DNA of 64,000 bases from Dehalococcoidia bacterium (lineage in GTDB: Bacteria; Chloroflexota; Dehalococcoidia; Bin125), in NCBI GenBank assembly GCA_963662615.2, contig CAXXSR010000002.1, positions 1 through 64,000 on the forward strand, given 5' to 3'. The first letter of the stretch is position 1; each line of letters starts with the position of its first letter. Positions 9,760 to 20,183 of this stretch are shown piece by piece. The position numbers and the translations under genes were made by a program. Below the pieces are notes generated by a model, which was given only the letters and a program-made list of their open reading frames with translations, did no database searches and was not told the origin of the DNA.

Positions 9760-10664
9760 GTACGGAGATCGCCCAACTCGTCATTATCGGGATCGTCGTC
9801 GGTTCCATCATCGGGCTGGGCGCCATCGGCCTGACGTTGACCTATGGCGTCATGAAGTTCGCCAACTTCGCCCACGGCGACCTCATGACGCTGGGGATGT
9901 TCCTCGCGCTCTTCATCATCGCCGACGCCGGGCTCGACGGGGGCCAGATCGGACCCCTCTCCTTCGGCTGGGGGATGATCCCCGCCGCGCTGTTCGCCAT
10001 GGCCGGCGTCGCACTGGCCGCCGTCACTCTCGATCGCGTCGTTTTCCGCCCCCTGCGCTCCCGCGGCGGCGGCATCGTCACGATGGCGGTCGCCTCGTTG
10101 GGCATCGGCATCGCGGTACGAGCGATCGTTCAGATGATCTGGGGCCCCAGCGGCACACGCTTCACGACCGGGATCAACAAGGCCGAGACGATCTTCTGGG
10201 ACCTGAAGGTGAAGCCCGACCAGTTCTTCATCGTCGGGCTCATGCTGGTGCTCGCTGTCGCCGTCTACTTCCTCCTCTACCGCACGAAGCTAGGCACCGC
10301 CATGCGCGCCACCTCCGACAACGCGGAACTCGCCGAGGTGGCGGGGATCGAGACGGACCGCGTCCGTCAATGGACCTGGGTGATTGGTGGAGCGCTGATC
10401 GCGATCGCCGGCATCATGCTCGCCATCCAGGCGCAGCTACGCTTCAACGCGGGCTTCAGCCTCATTCTCCCGCTGTTCGCCGCCACCATCTTGGGCGGGA
10501 TCGGCAACCCCTTGGGCGCGCTGGCGGGCGGCCTCGTCGTGGGCATCTCCCAAGAAGTCTCCACGCAATGGATCAATAGCGGGCTCAAGCCGGGCGTGCC
10601 CTTTCTGATCCTGATTATCATGCTGATCGTCCGCCCTCGCGGACTTTTTGGGACGCACATCTAG
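9760..10664 (+). CDS. livH: Branched-chain amino acid ABC permease (LivH-like); start codon appears damaged
   Basis: AIGLTLTYGVMKFANFAHGD, RTKLGTAMRATSDN, ILGGIG; RBS GGAGGG at 9751 followed by GTACG (likely GTG-ACG minus one base). Confidence 0.88.
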
Positions 10665-10673
10665 GAGACGGCC

Positions 10674-11759
10674 GTGGACGTGTGGCTGGCCGACCTTCTC
10701 CCCCTGGTGACGTTTTCAGGCGCCGTCAACTGGACGGTGGGCTTCCTGACGACGGTGGCGATCTTCGCCATGCTGGCGCTGGCGCTGAATCTGCAGTGGG
10801 GATACACCGGCGTCTTCAACTTCGGCATCGTCGCCTTCTTCATGGTCGGCGCCTACACCAGCGCCATCCTGACGCTGGATGCCCCGGGAGAATTCGAGGA
10901 CTACGTGGGCGGCTTCAGCCTCCCTGTACCCGTTGGCTGGCTCGCCGGCATGGGGGCAGCGGGAGCGCTGGCGCTGCTCGTGGGTCTCCCCACGCTGCGC
11001 CTGCGGCGTGACTTCCTGGCCATCGCCACGATCGGCATCGCCGAGATCCTCCGCAGCGCCGCCAACTCCGTGCCGGGCCTGGTCAACCGGGGCCGCGGCC
11101 TCAACGGCATCCCCCGCTTTCTCGACGAGCTGGCGAGCGGCGCGGACTACCGCTGGGTCCTCCTGGGCATCACGCTGGTAATGCTGTTCGTGGTGTATGT
11201 GGTTGTCTGGCGTGCGACCGGGTCGCCCTGGGGCCGGGTGCTGCGCGCCATCCGCGAGAATGAGGACACCGCGAAGGCGTCGGGCAAGGATACTGTCAAC
11301 TTCCGCATGCAGAGCTTCGTGCTGGGCGGGATGATTATGGGCCTGGCCGGCGCCATTTTTGCGCACCGCATTGGCACCATCGCCCCCAATGCGTTCAGTA
11401 ACGTCTTCGGCACCTTCCTGGTTTGGGCCATGCTCATGGTGGGAGGGAGCGGCAACAATCGTGGCGCCGTGCTCGGCGCCTTAGTCGTGGGCTTTTTCTG
11501 GTTCGGCACGCCGCTGATCCAAGAGGACCTGCCGGACTTCTTGGGCACGCGCGTCTTCCAGATCCGCCAACTGGTCATCGGGCTGCTGATCGTGATCTTC
11601 CTGCTCCTCCGCCCTCAGGGTCTCCTCCCGGAGGAGCGGCGGGTCAGCCGCTACGTGCAGGATTTTCTGCGCGAGGAGCCCCCCTGGAAGAGATTGCTGC
11701 ATCGCCTGACAGGCAAAGGGCCTGCCGCGAGGTCAACCGAGTCCTCCGACGGGGGCTAG
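10674..11759 (+). CDS. livM: Branched-chain amino acid ABC permease (LivM-like)
   Basis: LNLQWGYTGVFNFG, LRLRRDFLAIAT, SPWGRVLRAIRENE, VGGSG. Confidence 0.9.
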   Translation: MDVWLADLLPLVTFSGAVNWTVGFLTTVAIFAMLALALNLQWGYTGVFNFGIVAFFMVGAYTSAILTLDAPGEFEDYVGGFSLPVPVGWLAGMGAAGALALLVGLPTLRLRRDFLAIATIGIAEILRSAANSVPGLVNRGRGLNGIPRFLDELASGADYRWVLLGITLVMLFVVYVVVWRATGSPWGRVLRAIRENEDTAKASGKDTVNFRMQSFVLGGMIMGLAGAIFAHRIGTIAPNAFSNVFGTFLVWAMLMVGGSGNNRGAVLGALVVGFFWFGTPLIQEDLPDFLGTRVFQIRQLVIGLLIVIFLLLRPQGLLPEERRVSRYVQDFLREEPPWKRLLHRLTGKGPAARSTESSDGG

Positions 11760-11788
11760 GCATCAGCTGCCTGCGGCGCAAGGGCGAA

Positions 11789-11823
11789 GATGGGAGGGCG
11801 GCCTTCATGGCCGCCCTCCCGTC
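11789..11823. terminator. GC-rich hairpin between convergent livM and SBP genes
   Basis: GGGAGGGCGGCC-TTCAT-GGCCGCCCTCCC. Confidence 0.65.
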
Positions 11824-11851
11824 GCGGTACCGGGCCGAGCCTGGAACAGCA

Positions 11852-13246
11852 TCATTCCAGCGAGAAGGGAATCTCCTCCAGCTCCTCTATCGTCCCACCC
11901 GCGAATTGCCAGATGCCAATGAAGCCGCTGGTCACGTCGCCTTCGGGATTCCAGTCCAGCGTGGTCGCGGCGCCTTCGTAGTTGATGTCCTCGCCGTTGC
12001 GGACCGCCGTGAGAGCGGCAGCGATGCCATCAGCACCGGGGATGACTGTCGTGCCCGGCGGGCTCGCGATCTGCACCAGCGCGTCGCGAATGGCCGCCCC
12101 ATCCGTGGAGCCGGCCAGCTCCGCCGCCAGGGCGATGGCGATGACGGCGTCATAGGACTCGCGCACGAACGGCCGCGTGGGCAACTCGCCGAATTCGGCA
12201 ATGTAGGCTTCGTTCCAAGCCGCCGTTGCCTCCGTCTCGGGGCCCCCGGTCGGCGCGGTTCCCTTGAAGCCGTCCAAGAACTCGCCGCCGATCGCGTCGA
12301 TCAGGTCCTGGCTCTTGGTCCCGTCCACAAACAGAAACTGGTCGAAGATGTCGTTCTCCAACGCCTCCCGGACGAAGATGATCGCCTCCGTCGGGAAACC
12401 GATCGCAACCAGGACGGGCGCCCCTTCTCCGGCCACCCGCTGCAACTCCGCCAGGAACGTCACCTGGTCCGGCTCGTACGACGTGCTCGTCACAGTCCCG
12501 CCGTAGCTCGCCTCGAACACCTCCGCCAGCCCCTGCCCGTAGGCGTCGTTGAGGAAGAGCACCGCCACGTTGTCAAAACCCTCGTCCACGGCCAGGTTCG
12601 CCAGCACCGGGCCCTGCGCCCCATCCGAAACCACGCTGCGGAAGAGGAAGCCGGCATCGTTGGCGTTCGACACTGCCGGTGACGTCGCCGAGGGAGAGAT
12701 CGTGGGGATGCCGGCCAACCCTGTGACGCTCTCCGCCACCGCGATCGTGGCCGTGCTCGACAGCGGGCCAACAATGCCGTGCACGCCCGCAATGTCAACG
12801 AGGCGGCGCGCCTCTTCCACGGCGATCGTGGGATCGACCTGCGTATCGCCGGTGACGAACTCGACCGGTTGCCCCAGCACACCGCCGGCGTCGTTGATGT
12901 GCTTAATCGCCAGCTCTACGCCCGTCTGAATCACCGGCCCGAATTCCGCCAGCGGCCCCGAGAAGTCGGCCAGGTAGCCGATCTTGAGCGGCCCGGCGGC
13001 GGCGGGGGCCGGCTCGGGCTCGGGCGCGGGTTCCGGCGCGGGGGCCGGCGCAGGCTCCGGCTCCGGGGCGGGCGCGGGTTCCGGCTGAGCGGCGGCCGCC
13101 GGCGCCACTTCCTCCCCGTCATCGTCGTCACCGCCGCAGGCGGTGGCGACCAAGCCAACCGCGACGATCAGCATTAATCCGAACACCAGCCAGCGGTGGG
13201 AGAAGAAGCGAATCAACTCCGTCATTGCGTTCATCACTGCTCGCAT
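11852..13246 (-). CDS. ABC substrate-binding lipoprotein (LivK/Peripla_BP_6 family) with a Pro-rich linker
   Basis: VATACGGDDD lipobox; LKIGYLADFSGPLAEFG, INDAGGVLG, ISPSATSP. Confidence 0.9.
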   Translation of the reverse strand: MRAVMNAMTELIRFFSHRWLVFGLMLIVAVGLVATACGGDDDDGEEVAPAAAAQPEPAPAPEPEPAPAPAPEPAPEPEPAPAAAGPLKIGYLADFSGPLAEFGPVIQTGVELAIKHINDAGGVLGQPVEFVTGDTQVDPTIAVEEARRLVDIAGVHGIVGPLSSTATIAVAESVTGLAGIPTISPSATSPAVSNANDAGFLFRSVVSDGAQGPVLANLAVDEGFDNVAVLFLNDAYGQGLAEVFEASYGGTVTSTSYEPDQVTFLAELQRVAGEGAPVLVAIGFPTEAIIFVREALENDIFDQFLFVDGTKSQDLIDAIGGEFLDGFKGTAPTGGPETEATAAWNEAYIAEFGELPTRPFVRESYDAVIAIALAAELAGSTDGAAIRDALVQIASPPGTTVIPGADGIAAALTAVRNGEDINYEGAATTLDWNPEGDVTSGFIGIWQFAGGTIEELEEIPFSLE

Positions 13247-13297
13247 CTCCAACTCCCCTCCTGCGCAATTTCGCCGTCGTGAAGGGCGGCATCCGTG

Positions 13298-13317
13298 GGC
13301 CGTAAGAATACACCCGG
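13298..13317 (-). promoter_or_regulatory. Putative promoter shared with the aapJ-like gene
   Basis: CCGGGTGTATTCTTACGGCC (contains -10-like TATTCT) identical to 18391-18410. Confidence 0.55.
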
Positions 13318-13405
13318 GGCGGGGTCAGCGATCGACAGTCCCCCCGCCGCTCAGCCTCCAGATAGGGCCCTCCAGTTCGCGACCTGGATCCCCCGGATAG
13401 ACCCC

Positions 13406-13462
13406 CGCCCGCGGTGTCTTTGCGAAACCCAGGCCGAATGGGGTGAAAGAGGCGTCACGGCT
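13406..13462 (-). other. Degenerate secondary att-like site
   Basis: Plus strand CGAAACCCAGGCCGAATGGGGTGAAAGAGGCGTCACGG aligns by eye, with gaps, to CGAACCCAAGACGATCGGATTGGGAAGCAGGCGATCAACCGG (31259-31300). Confidence 0.35.
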
Positions 13463-13492
13463 GCACGCGAGCACCATTACGCCGACTCCAAA

Positions 13493-13970
13493 GTCCGGTT
13501 CTACGTCGGATAGACCTAGACCATCTAGAGGACGTTATTAGACGCAAACGCGGAGAAAGCGGCTGCGTGGCGGAGGGTGGACGCCGCTGTCCCGGATCGC
13601 CTTGAAGAACCGGACATCCCGTGGGAAGAACGGCGGCTGTGCTGAGGAGGGTGGTAGGTCGGTCACACCTGTTCTGCTCGGCGTCGAGAACAGGACCGTC
13701 CGAGTTCCAATACTGCTCAGTGAGGGTGCCGACCTGGCTCGGTCTGACGACGACAACGCGACCAGTCTCTATCTCAGACAGCCCGCCGCCCAACACCGCG
13801 TCCGATCCTATGTCCGACGGATCTGTCCGAAATTCGATCTGCGGCGGACGCCAGCCCGAGGGCACCCCCCAGCCCTGCTCGCACTCGGCGATCTTGACGG
13901 CCTTCTGGCGAACCGGAGTGCTTCCAATCGAACTCTATGTCGGACTGACTTTCCCGACTTAGAGTCCGAT
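13493..13970. repeat. Three copies of the 44-bp palindrome (13493-13536, 13800-13843, 13927-13970)
   Basis: e.g. ATCGAA CTCTAT GTCGGA C TGACTT T CCCGAC TTAGAG TCCGAT. Confidence 0.78.
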
Positions 13971-14006
13971 CCAGTGTGAAGCGGGTTATCGCCAGGAACA
14001 CGCTCG

Positions 14007-14755
14007 CTAGAGGATCTGCGAGAGGAAGCGCTTGGTGCGCTCTTCTCGCGGGTTGGTAAAAAATGCTCCGGTGTGCCCTCTTCGACGATCTCCCCTTCGT
14101 CGAAGAAGAGGAAGCGGTCGGCCACTTCGCGCGCGAAGCCCATCTCATGCGTGATGACCAACATGGTCATCCCGGACTGCGCCAGCTCGCGCATAACGTC
14201 CAGTACCTCCTTGATCATCTCAGGGTCGAGGGCGCTGGTGGGCTCATCGAAAAGCATGATCTTGGGTCGCATGGCCAAGGCGCGGGCGATGGCGACACGC
14301 TGTTGCTGGCCACCGGAGAGTTGGCTGGGAAACTTGTCGGCCTGCTCGGGAATGCCCACACGCTCGAGTAGTTCATTGGCCAGCGCCTCGGCCTTGGGTC
14401 GCGACATGTGACGGACCTTCTGCGGGCCCAGCGCCACATTGCGCAGGACGGAGAGGTGCGGGAAGAGGTTGAACTGCTGAAACACCATGCCGACCTCTGA
14501 GCGGACCCGCTCCAGGTTGCGGAGGTCGTCGTTGAGTTCAACGCCGTCGACAATGATGCGGCCGGCGTCGTGCTCCTCGAGTCGATTGATGGTGCGGATA
14601 AACGTGGACTTGCCGGATCCGGAGGGGCCAAAAATGACCACGACTTCCCCTTCCACGACGCTTGTGGTGATGCCCTTGAGCGCCTGGAAATCGCCGAACC
14701 ACTTCTCGACCTGTTCGCACTGAATGATGACGGTGCCGTCGTCCGTGGCGTTCAT
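14007..14755 (-). CDS. aapP: Polar amino acid ABC ATPase (AapP/GlnQ-like); 1-bp loss in a T-run near the 3' end
   Basis: [39 protein letters not shown]; adding one T at 14058-14063 restores [18 protein letters not shown]. Confidence 0.88.
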
Positions 14756-14763
14756 GGCGTCAA

Positions 14764-15954
14764 TTATCGCACCCCGATGCCGAGCGCCCGCTCCAGTCGT
14801 TGGCTGAGGCGGGACATGGCGAAGGCGACGCTCCAGAAGGCCAGCGCGATGAAGAGGAGTACCTCCTTCTGCCGACCGATGAAGTCGGCTTGGGCGATGG
14901 CGGCCTGAGCGCCGCCGAGGGCGTCCGTGAAATTCAGAATCGAGAAAAGCGTGGTGTCCTTCCAAAGCGAGATGATCTGGCTGACGAGGGCTGGAATGAC
15001 GGCACGAAGCGCCTGCGGTAGCACGATAAAGACGGTGGTGTTGACCGTGCCCAGCCCAACGGCGTGGGCCGCTTCGATCTGTCCGGGCGGTATCGACTGC
15101 AGTCCGCCGCGCACAATTTCCGCCACGTAGGCGCCGGTGAAGAGGCTGACGATGACGAGGGCGTTGACGATGACGTCGGTGTTGAGTGCGTCGGGCAGGA
15201 ACTCCGGCAGCACGAAGCGGGCGATGAACAACCAGGCGATGAGCGGGCCACCGCGTGTGATTTCGATGATGGCGGTGGCGACACCCTTGAGGGCAGGCAG
15301 AGAGCTGGCGCGGGCGAGGGCGAGCAGGATACCGAGAGGGAGACCGACCGCGATGCCGATGGTGGCCAACATGACGTTCAGCATGAGCCCGCCCCAGAGG
15401 GCCGGTTTGACGCCGCCGAAGGCCACAATGATGAGGACGGTGAAGGGGATTAGAACGGCCCATCCCAGGGCGGCAAGCTTGGCTGCGCGGCTCCGTGAGC
15501 GGTGGTCGCGTCGGACCCACCGCCCCATGCCGTAGGCGAGCGCGGCGGCGGCAGCGGCTCCGCCGAAGAGGCCGCCGTTCTCCCCGTGGGCCAAGAGGGC
15601 GAGGATGAAGACGATGGCGGCGCCCAGCCAGAGCACGTCGCGACGGCTGAGGCGCGCCCAGAGCCCAAAGGAAAATCCCCCCAGGATGAAGGCGAACCAG
15701 AGCGGGGGCCAGAGGCGCCATTCCTCGCTCTGCGGGTAGCGGCCGACGAAGAGCAGGCGCCGGTTGACCTCGACGACCGAGAAGTCGAGATCGAAGAAGT
15801 CTTGCTGAACGAGGAAATAGGCTACGAGGCCGAGCGTGGCAATAGTAGCTACGGTGAGGGTGGTGTTGGGCCGGCTGGAGAAGAGGTTGTCGCGGGCCCA
15901 GAATCGCAGTCGGTGGCCGGCGTCGCGGCTCGCTTGGATGTGCGTCGATTGCAT
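14764..15954 (-). CDS. aapM: General L-amino acid ABC permease (AapM-like)
   Basis: [39 protein letters not shown]. Confidence 0.88.
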   Translation of the reverse strand: MQSTHIQASRDAGHRLRFWARDNLFSSRPNTTLTVATIATLGLVAYFLVQQDFFDLDFSVVEVNRRLLFVGRYPQSEEWRLWPPLWFAFILGGFSFGLWARLSRRDVLWLGAAIVFILALLAHGENGGLFGGAAAAAALAYGMGRWVRRDHRSRSRAAKLAALGWAVLIPFTVLIIVAFGGVKPALWGGLMLNVMLATIGIAVGLPLGILLALARASSLPALKGVATAIIEITRGGPLIAWLFIARFVLPEFLPDALNTDVIVNALVIVSLFTGAYVAEIVRGGLQSIPPGQIEAAHAVGLGTVNTTVFIVLPQALRAVIPALVSQIISLWKDTTLFSILNFTDALGGAQAAIAQADFIGRQKEVLLFIALAFWSVAFAMSRLSQRLERALGIGVR

Positions 15955-17148
15955 CTATCGGCCCACCAACTGTACGCGTCGATTAAGAGCGTTCATGACG
16001 ACGGAGACGACGAGGCTGAGCGCCAGGTAGGTTGCAAAAATCAAGATGAAGACAGGGACGGCGTGGCCGATGTTGTTGATAATGGTGGTGCCGACGAACA
16101 CGAGTTCGGGAAAGGCGATGGCGACGGCCAGACTCGAGTTCTTGGTGAGGTTGAGATATTGGTTGGTGAGCGGCGGAATCATGATCCGCAAGGCTTGCGG
16201 CAGAATGATCAGGATCATGCGCTGATAGGCAGAGAGCCCAATAGCCGCGGCGGCCTCCGACTGGCCGCGGGGCAGTGCTTGAATGCTGCCTCGCACGATC
16301 TCGGCGATGAAGGCGCCCGTGTAGAGCACCAGTCCGACGAGGATGGCCGCAAACTCCGGGGTGACCTGGAGGCCACCATCGATGGTGCGGATTCCAAACG
16401 GTGTGACGGAGGTGTGGGGTACGTCAGCGGCGAGCGGGAATCCGGTGGCCAGGAAGCCAACGGCGCCAATGACGGCGAAGAGCAGGAGGGCAACGGGTGT
16501 GGCGTGCAGCGTGCGGCCGGTGGCCTCTTCGCCTCGCAATAGGCGTGCCCGGGCCCACCAGGCGCTGACGGCGCCCACGAAGAGGAAGATCAACCAGATC
16601 CCGAAGGCGCCGTCCGAGTCGACGAAGGGCAAGGCCAAGGCCCGGTTGGAGAAGTAGAGGGCGCCGAACAGGTTGCGGTTTTCGACGATCTCGGGCAGTT
16701 CCAAGAACACTGCGATGTACCAGAACGTGATCTGGACGAGCAACGGGGTGTTGCGGATGGTTTCGACGTAAAGGGACGCGAGACGGGAGAGCAACCAGTT
16801 ACTGGACAGGCGGGCTATGCCTGCCAACACGCCGATTACCGTGGTGAGCACGATTCCGATTAGAACCAAGCGGATTGTGTTGACGATTCCGGTGGTGTAG
16901 GCCGCCAGACGAGAGTCCGTCGCTACGTAGTCGGTGAGCCATTGGTGGGAGATCGAAAAGCCGCCGGGGCCGGAGAGAAAATCGAAGTCGAGCTCGAGGT
17001 CAAGGGCCTGGGCGATGAGGTAGGCGACGACGAGCCCGACGGCCAGTAGAAAGACGGCTTGGAGCAGATAGCGCCGGGTGCGCCGCCGTCGCCAGAGCGC
17101 GGCAGGCGTGAGTGAGCGCGGTTGCAGGCCTTGCGAGAGGACGCTCAT
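15955..17148 (-). CDS. aapQ: General L-amino acid ABC permease (AapQ-like)
   Basis: [40 protein letters not shown]. Confidence 0.88.
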   Translation of the reverse strand: MSVLSQGLQPRSLTPAALWRRRRTRRYLLQAVFLLAVGLVVAYLIAQALDLELDFDFLSGPGGFSISHQWLTDYVATDSRLAAYTTGIVNTIRLVLIGIVLTTVIGVLAGIARLSSNWLLSRLASLYVETIRNTPLLVQITFWYIAVFLELPEIVENRNLFGALYFSNRALALPFVDSDGAFGIWLIFLFVGAVSAWWARARLLRGEEATGRTLHATPVALLLFAVIGAVGFLATGFPLAADVPHTSVTPFGIRTIDGGLQVTPEFAAILVGLVLYTGAFIAEIVRGSIQALPRGQSEAAAAIGLSAYQRMILIILPQALRIMIPPLTNQYLNLTKNSSLAVAIAFPELVFVGTTIINNIGHAVPVFILIFATYLALSLVVSVVMNALNRRVQLVGR

Positions 17149-17226
17149 TCGACCCGTTCGACGGGCCAGCGGGTCAAGCCGATCGCACCGATCGGCTCGA
17201 CCTCCTTGGCGCTGTGGCGGCTCGCC

Positions 17227-18339
17227 TTACTTGATGGGCGGCGCGTAGATCAGGCCACCGTTCGTCCAAATGTCATTGAGCGTGCCAGCACGCGGCAGGC
17301 CGATCTGCCCGATGGTGCGCGAGTAGATCTGGTCGTAGTTGCCCACCTGGAAGATCACATCCTGCATGAATGTGGCGTTCAGGCCCAGGCTGGTGCCGAA
17401 CGCAAGGACGGGCGCCCCATCGAAGCTGGCGCCCAAGAGGTTTGCGATGTCCTGGTTCGGTGGGTTGGCGGCCATGCTGGTGACGTTAGTTGAGGTCACG
17501 TCGAGCTCGTCGGCGATCATGGTGCCGAAGACGACCCATTGGACGATGTCGAACCACTCAGTGTCGCCGTCGCGCACCACGGGGCCGAGCGGTTCCTTGG
17601 AGAGGGTTTCGGGCAGGATCCGCACGGCCTCGGGGCCGTCCTCGCCGGCCGGGAAGTTGGCGCGCTGACCGGCCAAGTTGCCCTTGTCCGCGGTCCAGGC
17701 GTCGCAGCGGCCGGCGGTAAAGGCCGCCAGACTCTCCGGGTCGCCTTCGAAACTGAGCGCCGTGTGATCGACGCCAAGTTCGGAGAGGCGGGTTTGGAGG
17801 TTGATCTCGGTGGTGGTGCCGCCGGTTACACAGATCGTCGCACCCTGCAGGTCCGTCACGGACTGGAAGGGCGAGTCGCTGCGCACGATGATGCCTTGGC
17901 CGTCGTAAAAGGTGGTGGCGACGAACTGGGAATTCAGATCAATGTCGCGGCTGGAAGTCCAGGTGGCGGTGCGGATCAGCACGTCGATTTCGCCGCTGGC
18001 GAGCAGCTCGAAGCGGTCGCTGGCGCTGGCGGGGATGAATTCAATGGCGTTGGCGTTGCCAAAGAGGGCCGCGGCCAAGGCGCGGCCGAACTAGACATCC
18101 TGGCCGGAGAAGGTGCCATCCGGTTCGAGGTTGCCAAAGCCGGGTTGGCTGTCCTTCACCCCCACGACCACGCGACCGCGATCGAGCACGTCATCCAAAG
18201 TGCCGCTGCCGTCGCCGTCATCGTCGCCGCAAGCGGCGGCGACCAAGCCAACCGCGACTATCAGCATTAATCCGAATACCAGCCAGCGATGGGAGAGCCG
18301 TCGCCTTATCTCTCGCATTCCGTGATGTGCTGCGAACAT
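17227..18339 (-). pseudogene. aapJ: General L-amino acid ABC substrate-binding lipoprotein (AapJ-like) with an in-frame TAG at 18091-18093
   Basis: TLDDVLDRG...GQDV*FGRALAAALFG...SKEPLGPVVRDGD...GGLIYAPP in one continuous frame. Confidence 0.85.
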
Positions 18340-18441
18340 CTCGCCCTTCTCTCCTATCCAAATCCGTCATCGCAGCCGGCGGCTACCGTCGGCCGTAAGA
18401 ATACACCCGGACTGCCGTGGAGGATCACCGTTCTCGACGCT

Positions 18442-18491
18442 GCCGGTCTCGACGCCGAGACGTTCGGATTGGGACGAAGAGGATCAACTGG
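18442..18491 (-). other. Secondary att-like site 2 (GTCCCAA-TCCGA plus a degenerate T-arm) after the recombinase stop
   Basis: Minus strand CCAGTTGATCCTCTTCGTCCCAATCCGAACGTCTCGGCGTCGAGACCGGC. Confidence 0.55.
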
Positions 18492-19443
18492 CAGCGTTCC
18501 CAGCCGCGAGGAGCCGGGCGGCCGGGCTGAACGCCGCGTGGGCATCCGCCGCCTTCGCCGCGTCGTACGTCGCCGAGTAGCGGCGCACCATCGCCGAGGT
18601 CGAGTGGCCGAGGAGGTACTGCACGTCGAGCTCCCGGGCGTGGTTCTCGATCGCCCAGGTGGCGAACGTGTGGCGGAAGCGGTGCGGATTGGCGTGCACG
18701 CCGGCCCGCTGGCCGAGCCGCGTGAAGAGAGTCCCCAGCAGGTACTTGTTCATCGGTCCGCGCGGTTTCTTGGGTCGCTCGATCGTGAGGAACAACGGCC
18801 CCTCGTCCTCCCCGCGGAAGCGGTCGATGTATTCGCCGAGCGCGGCCGCCGGCCCATCGCCGAACGGCACGATGCGCTGCTTGCGTCCCTTGCCGTGGCG
18901 GATGTGGATCCGCCGTTCCTCCCAGGACACATCACCGAGGGTGAGCTGGTGCAACTCCGCCAGCCGCATGCCCGTGTCGAGAAAGAGCAAGATGATCGCC
19001 CGGTTGCGGCAGCCGTACTCCTCGGTCGGGTCGCAGACCGCGAGCAGCGCCTGGATCTCGGCCTCCGTCAGCGGCTGAATCTCCTTCTGCTCGACTTTCA
19101 CGTTGGGGATTCCCGCGAAGGGGTGCCGCTCGCAGTAGCCCATGCGGATGCACCAGGAGAAGAACGCGCGGGTCTCGCGGAAGCGCCGGTGCCGGGTCCC
19201 CAGCGACACGCCCGAGTCGGCAATCACCTTGAGGAAGGCGTAGACGTGGGCCGGGCGGAAGTCGGTGACCTGCGCTGGCAGCCTCTGCTGCAGGCAGGTC
19301 CGGCGGAACATGGCCAAGGTCTTGGCGTAGGCGTCGACCGTGCGGGGGCTCTTCCCTTCCACCTCGCAGGCCGCGAGATAGGCCGCGATCGCCTCATCGA
19401 GGCCCATCCCATCGTCCGTGTAGCGCACCAGTTCCGCGACCAT
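18484..19443 (-). CDS. Tyrosine recombinase/integrase, copy B (intact)
   Basis: Same catalytic motifs as copy C, with long identical peptide stretches. Confidence 0.95.
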   Translation of the reverse strand: MVAELVRYTDDGMGLDEAIAAYLAACEVEGKSPRTVDAYAKTLAMFRRTCLQQRLPAQVTDFRPAHVYAFLKVIADSGVSLGTRHRRFRETRAFFSWCIRMGYCERHPFAGIPNVKVEQKEIQPLTEAEIQALLAVCDPTEEYGCRNRAIILLFLDTGMRLAELHQLTLGDVSWEERRIHIRHGKGRKQRIVPFGDGPAAALGEYIDRFRGEDEGPLFLTIERPKKPRGPMNKYLLGTLFTRLGQRAGVHANPHRFRHTFATWAIENHARELDVQYLLGHSTSAMVRRYSATYDAAKAADAHAAFSPAARLLAAGNAAS

Positions 19444-19584
19444 CATCGCCCCCTTTCGGCGTGTCCATGGACGCTCTGGTGCGGCACGAAGTCAAGCGAG
19501 ATTGCGGAGCATCGGAGTTGCAGTCTGATGCTCTGGGCCCGAATTCGGCCCATGTGCGGAGTCGCCCTATTAAGAAGCGTGGTC

Positions 19585-19629
19585 GTGGGCCCTCAGGGAT
19601 TCGAACCCTGGACCTTCGGATTAAAAGTC
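19585..19629 (-). repeat. att repeat: 3' half of tRNA-Lys(UUU)
   Basis: 45 bp identical to 32190-32234. Confidence 0.95.
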
Positions 19630-19784
19630 TGGTGTTCCGATCATCGATCTGATCAGATCCGTGCTGTCTCCTTCCGGCCAGAATCCCGGTCGTCTCGCGC
19701 AAGACGAGGCCCTGAGGATTCTCCGCGTCGTCCGGCCTCGAATTGTATGAACTCGTCGATGCTCGGTGAAGACGACGATGCGAA

Positions 19785-19919
19785 GTCCGCGTCAATGTTG
19801 GACAGATCTGTCCGACTTAGATTCCGACATGCCGCGGGGCATCAGCGTGCGTCTCCCCACGGAAGTGATCGAGGTCCCGATTTGGATCTTGAACAGTACT
19901 GTCCGACATAGAATCCGAG
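19785..19919. repeat. Two copies of the 44-bp palindrome (19785-19828, 19876-19919)
   Basis: GTTGGA C AGATCT G TCCGAC TTAGAT TCCGAC; CTTGAA C AGTACT G TCCGAC ATAGAA TCCGAG. Confidence 0.8.
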
Positions 19920-20183
19920 ATACTGTCCCGTAACGGACCGAGCCGTCGGCGGCGAGCGCGGATGAATTGCCAACTGCCGTCCGCGATGAAGAGGTTCCGC
20001 TGATCATCGGCGCCGGCGTCGAAGTACACATCATGGCGTCGATGAACCCGATCTTCCTGACGATCTTCATTGTCGTGGTGTGGACTGTCCTGCTGAGCGT
20101 GGTCGCCCACGGCGGCACCTCAACGGGGCCCGAGCGGGCGGCGATGACACCGATCTTGACGGTTCTGGCGGACCTTGCCGATG

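Noticed and set aside
18091-18093. Pyrrolysine or genome-wide TAG recoding
   Set aside because: TAG terminates many conserved genes here (menB, metE, nhaA), and the two internal TAGs align to different expected residues.
18289-19911. Long antisense ORFs (e.g. 2529-3755, 18289-19911, 23568-25361, 41606-43012, 61406-63223)
   Set aside because: Shadow frames of real genes in high-GC DNA.
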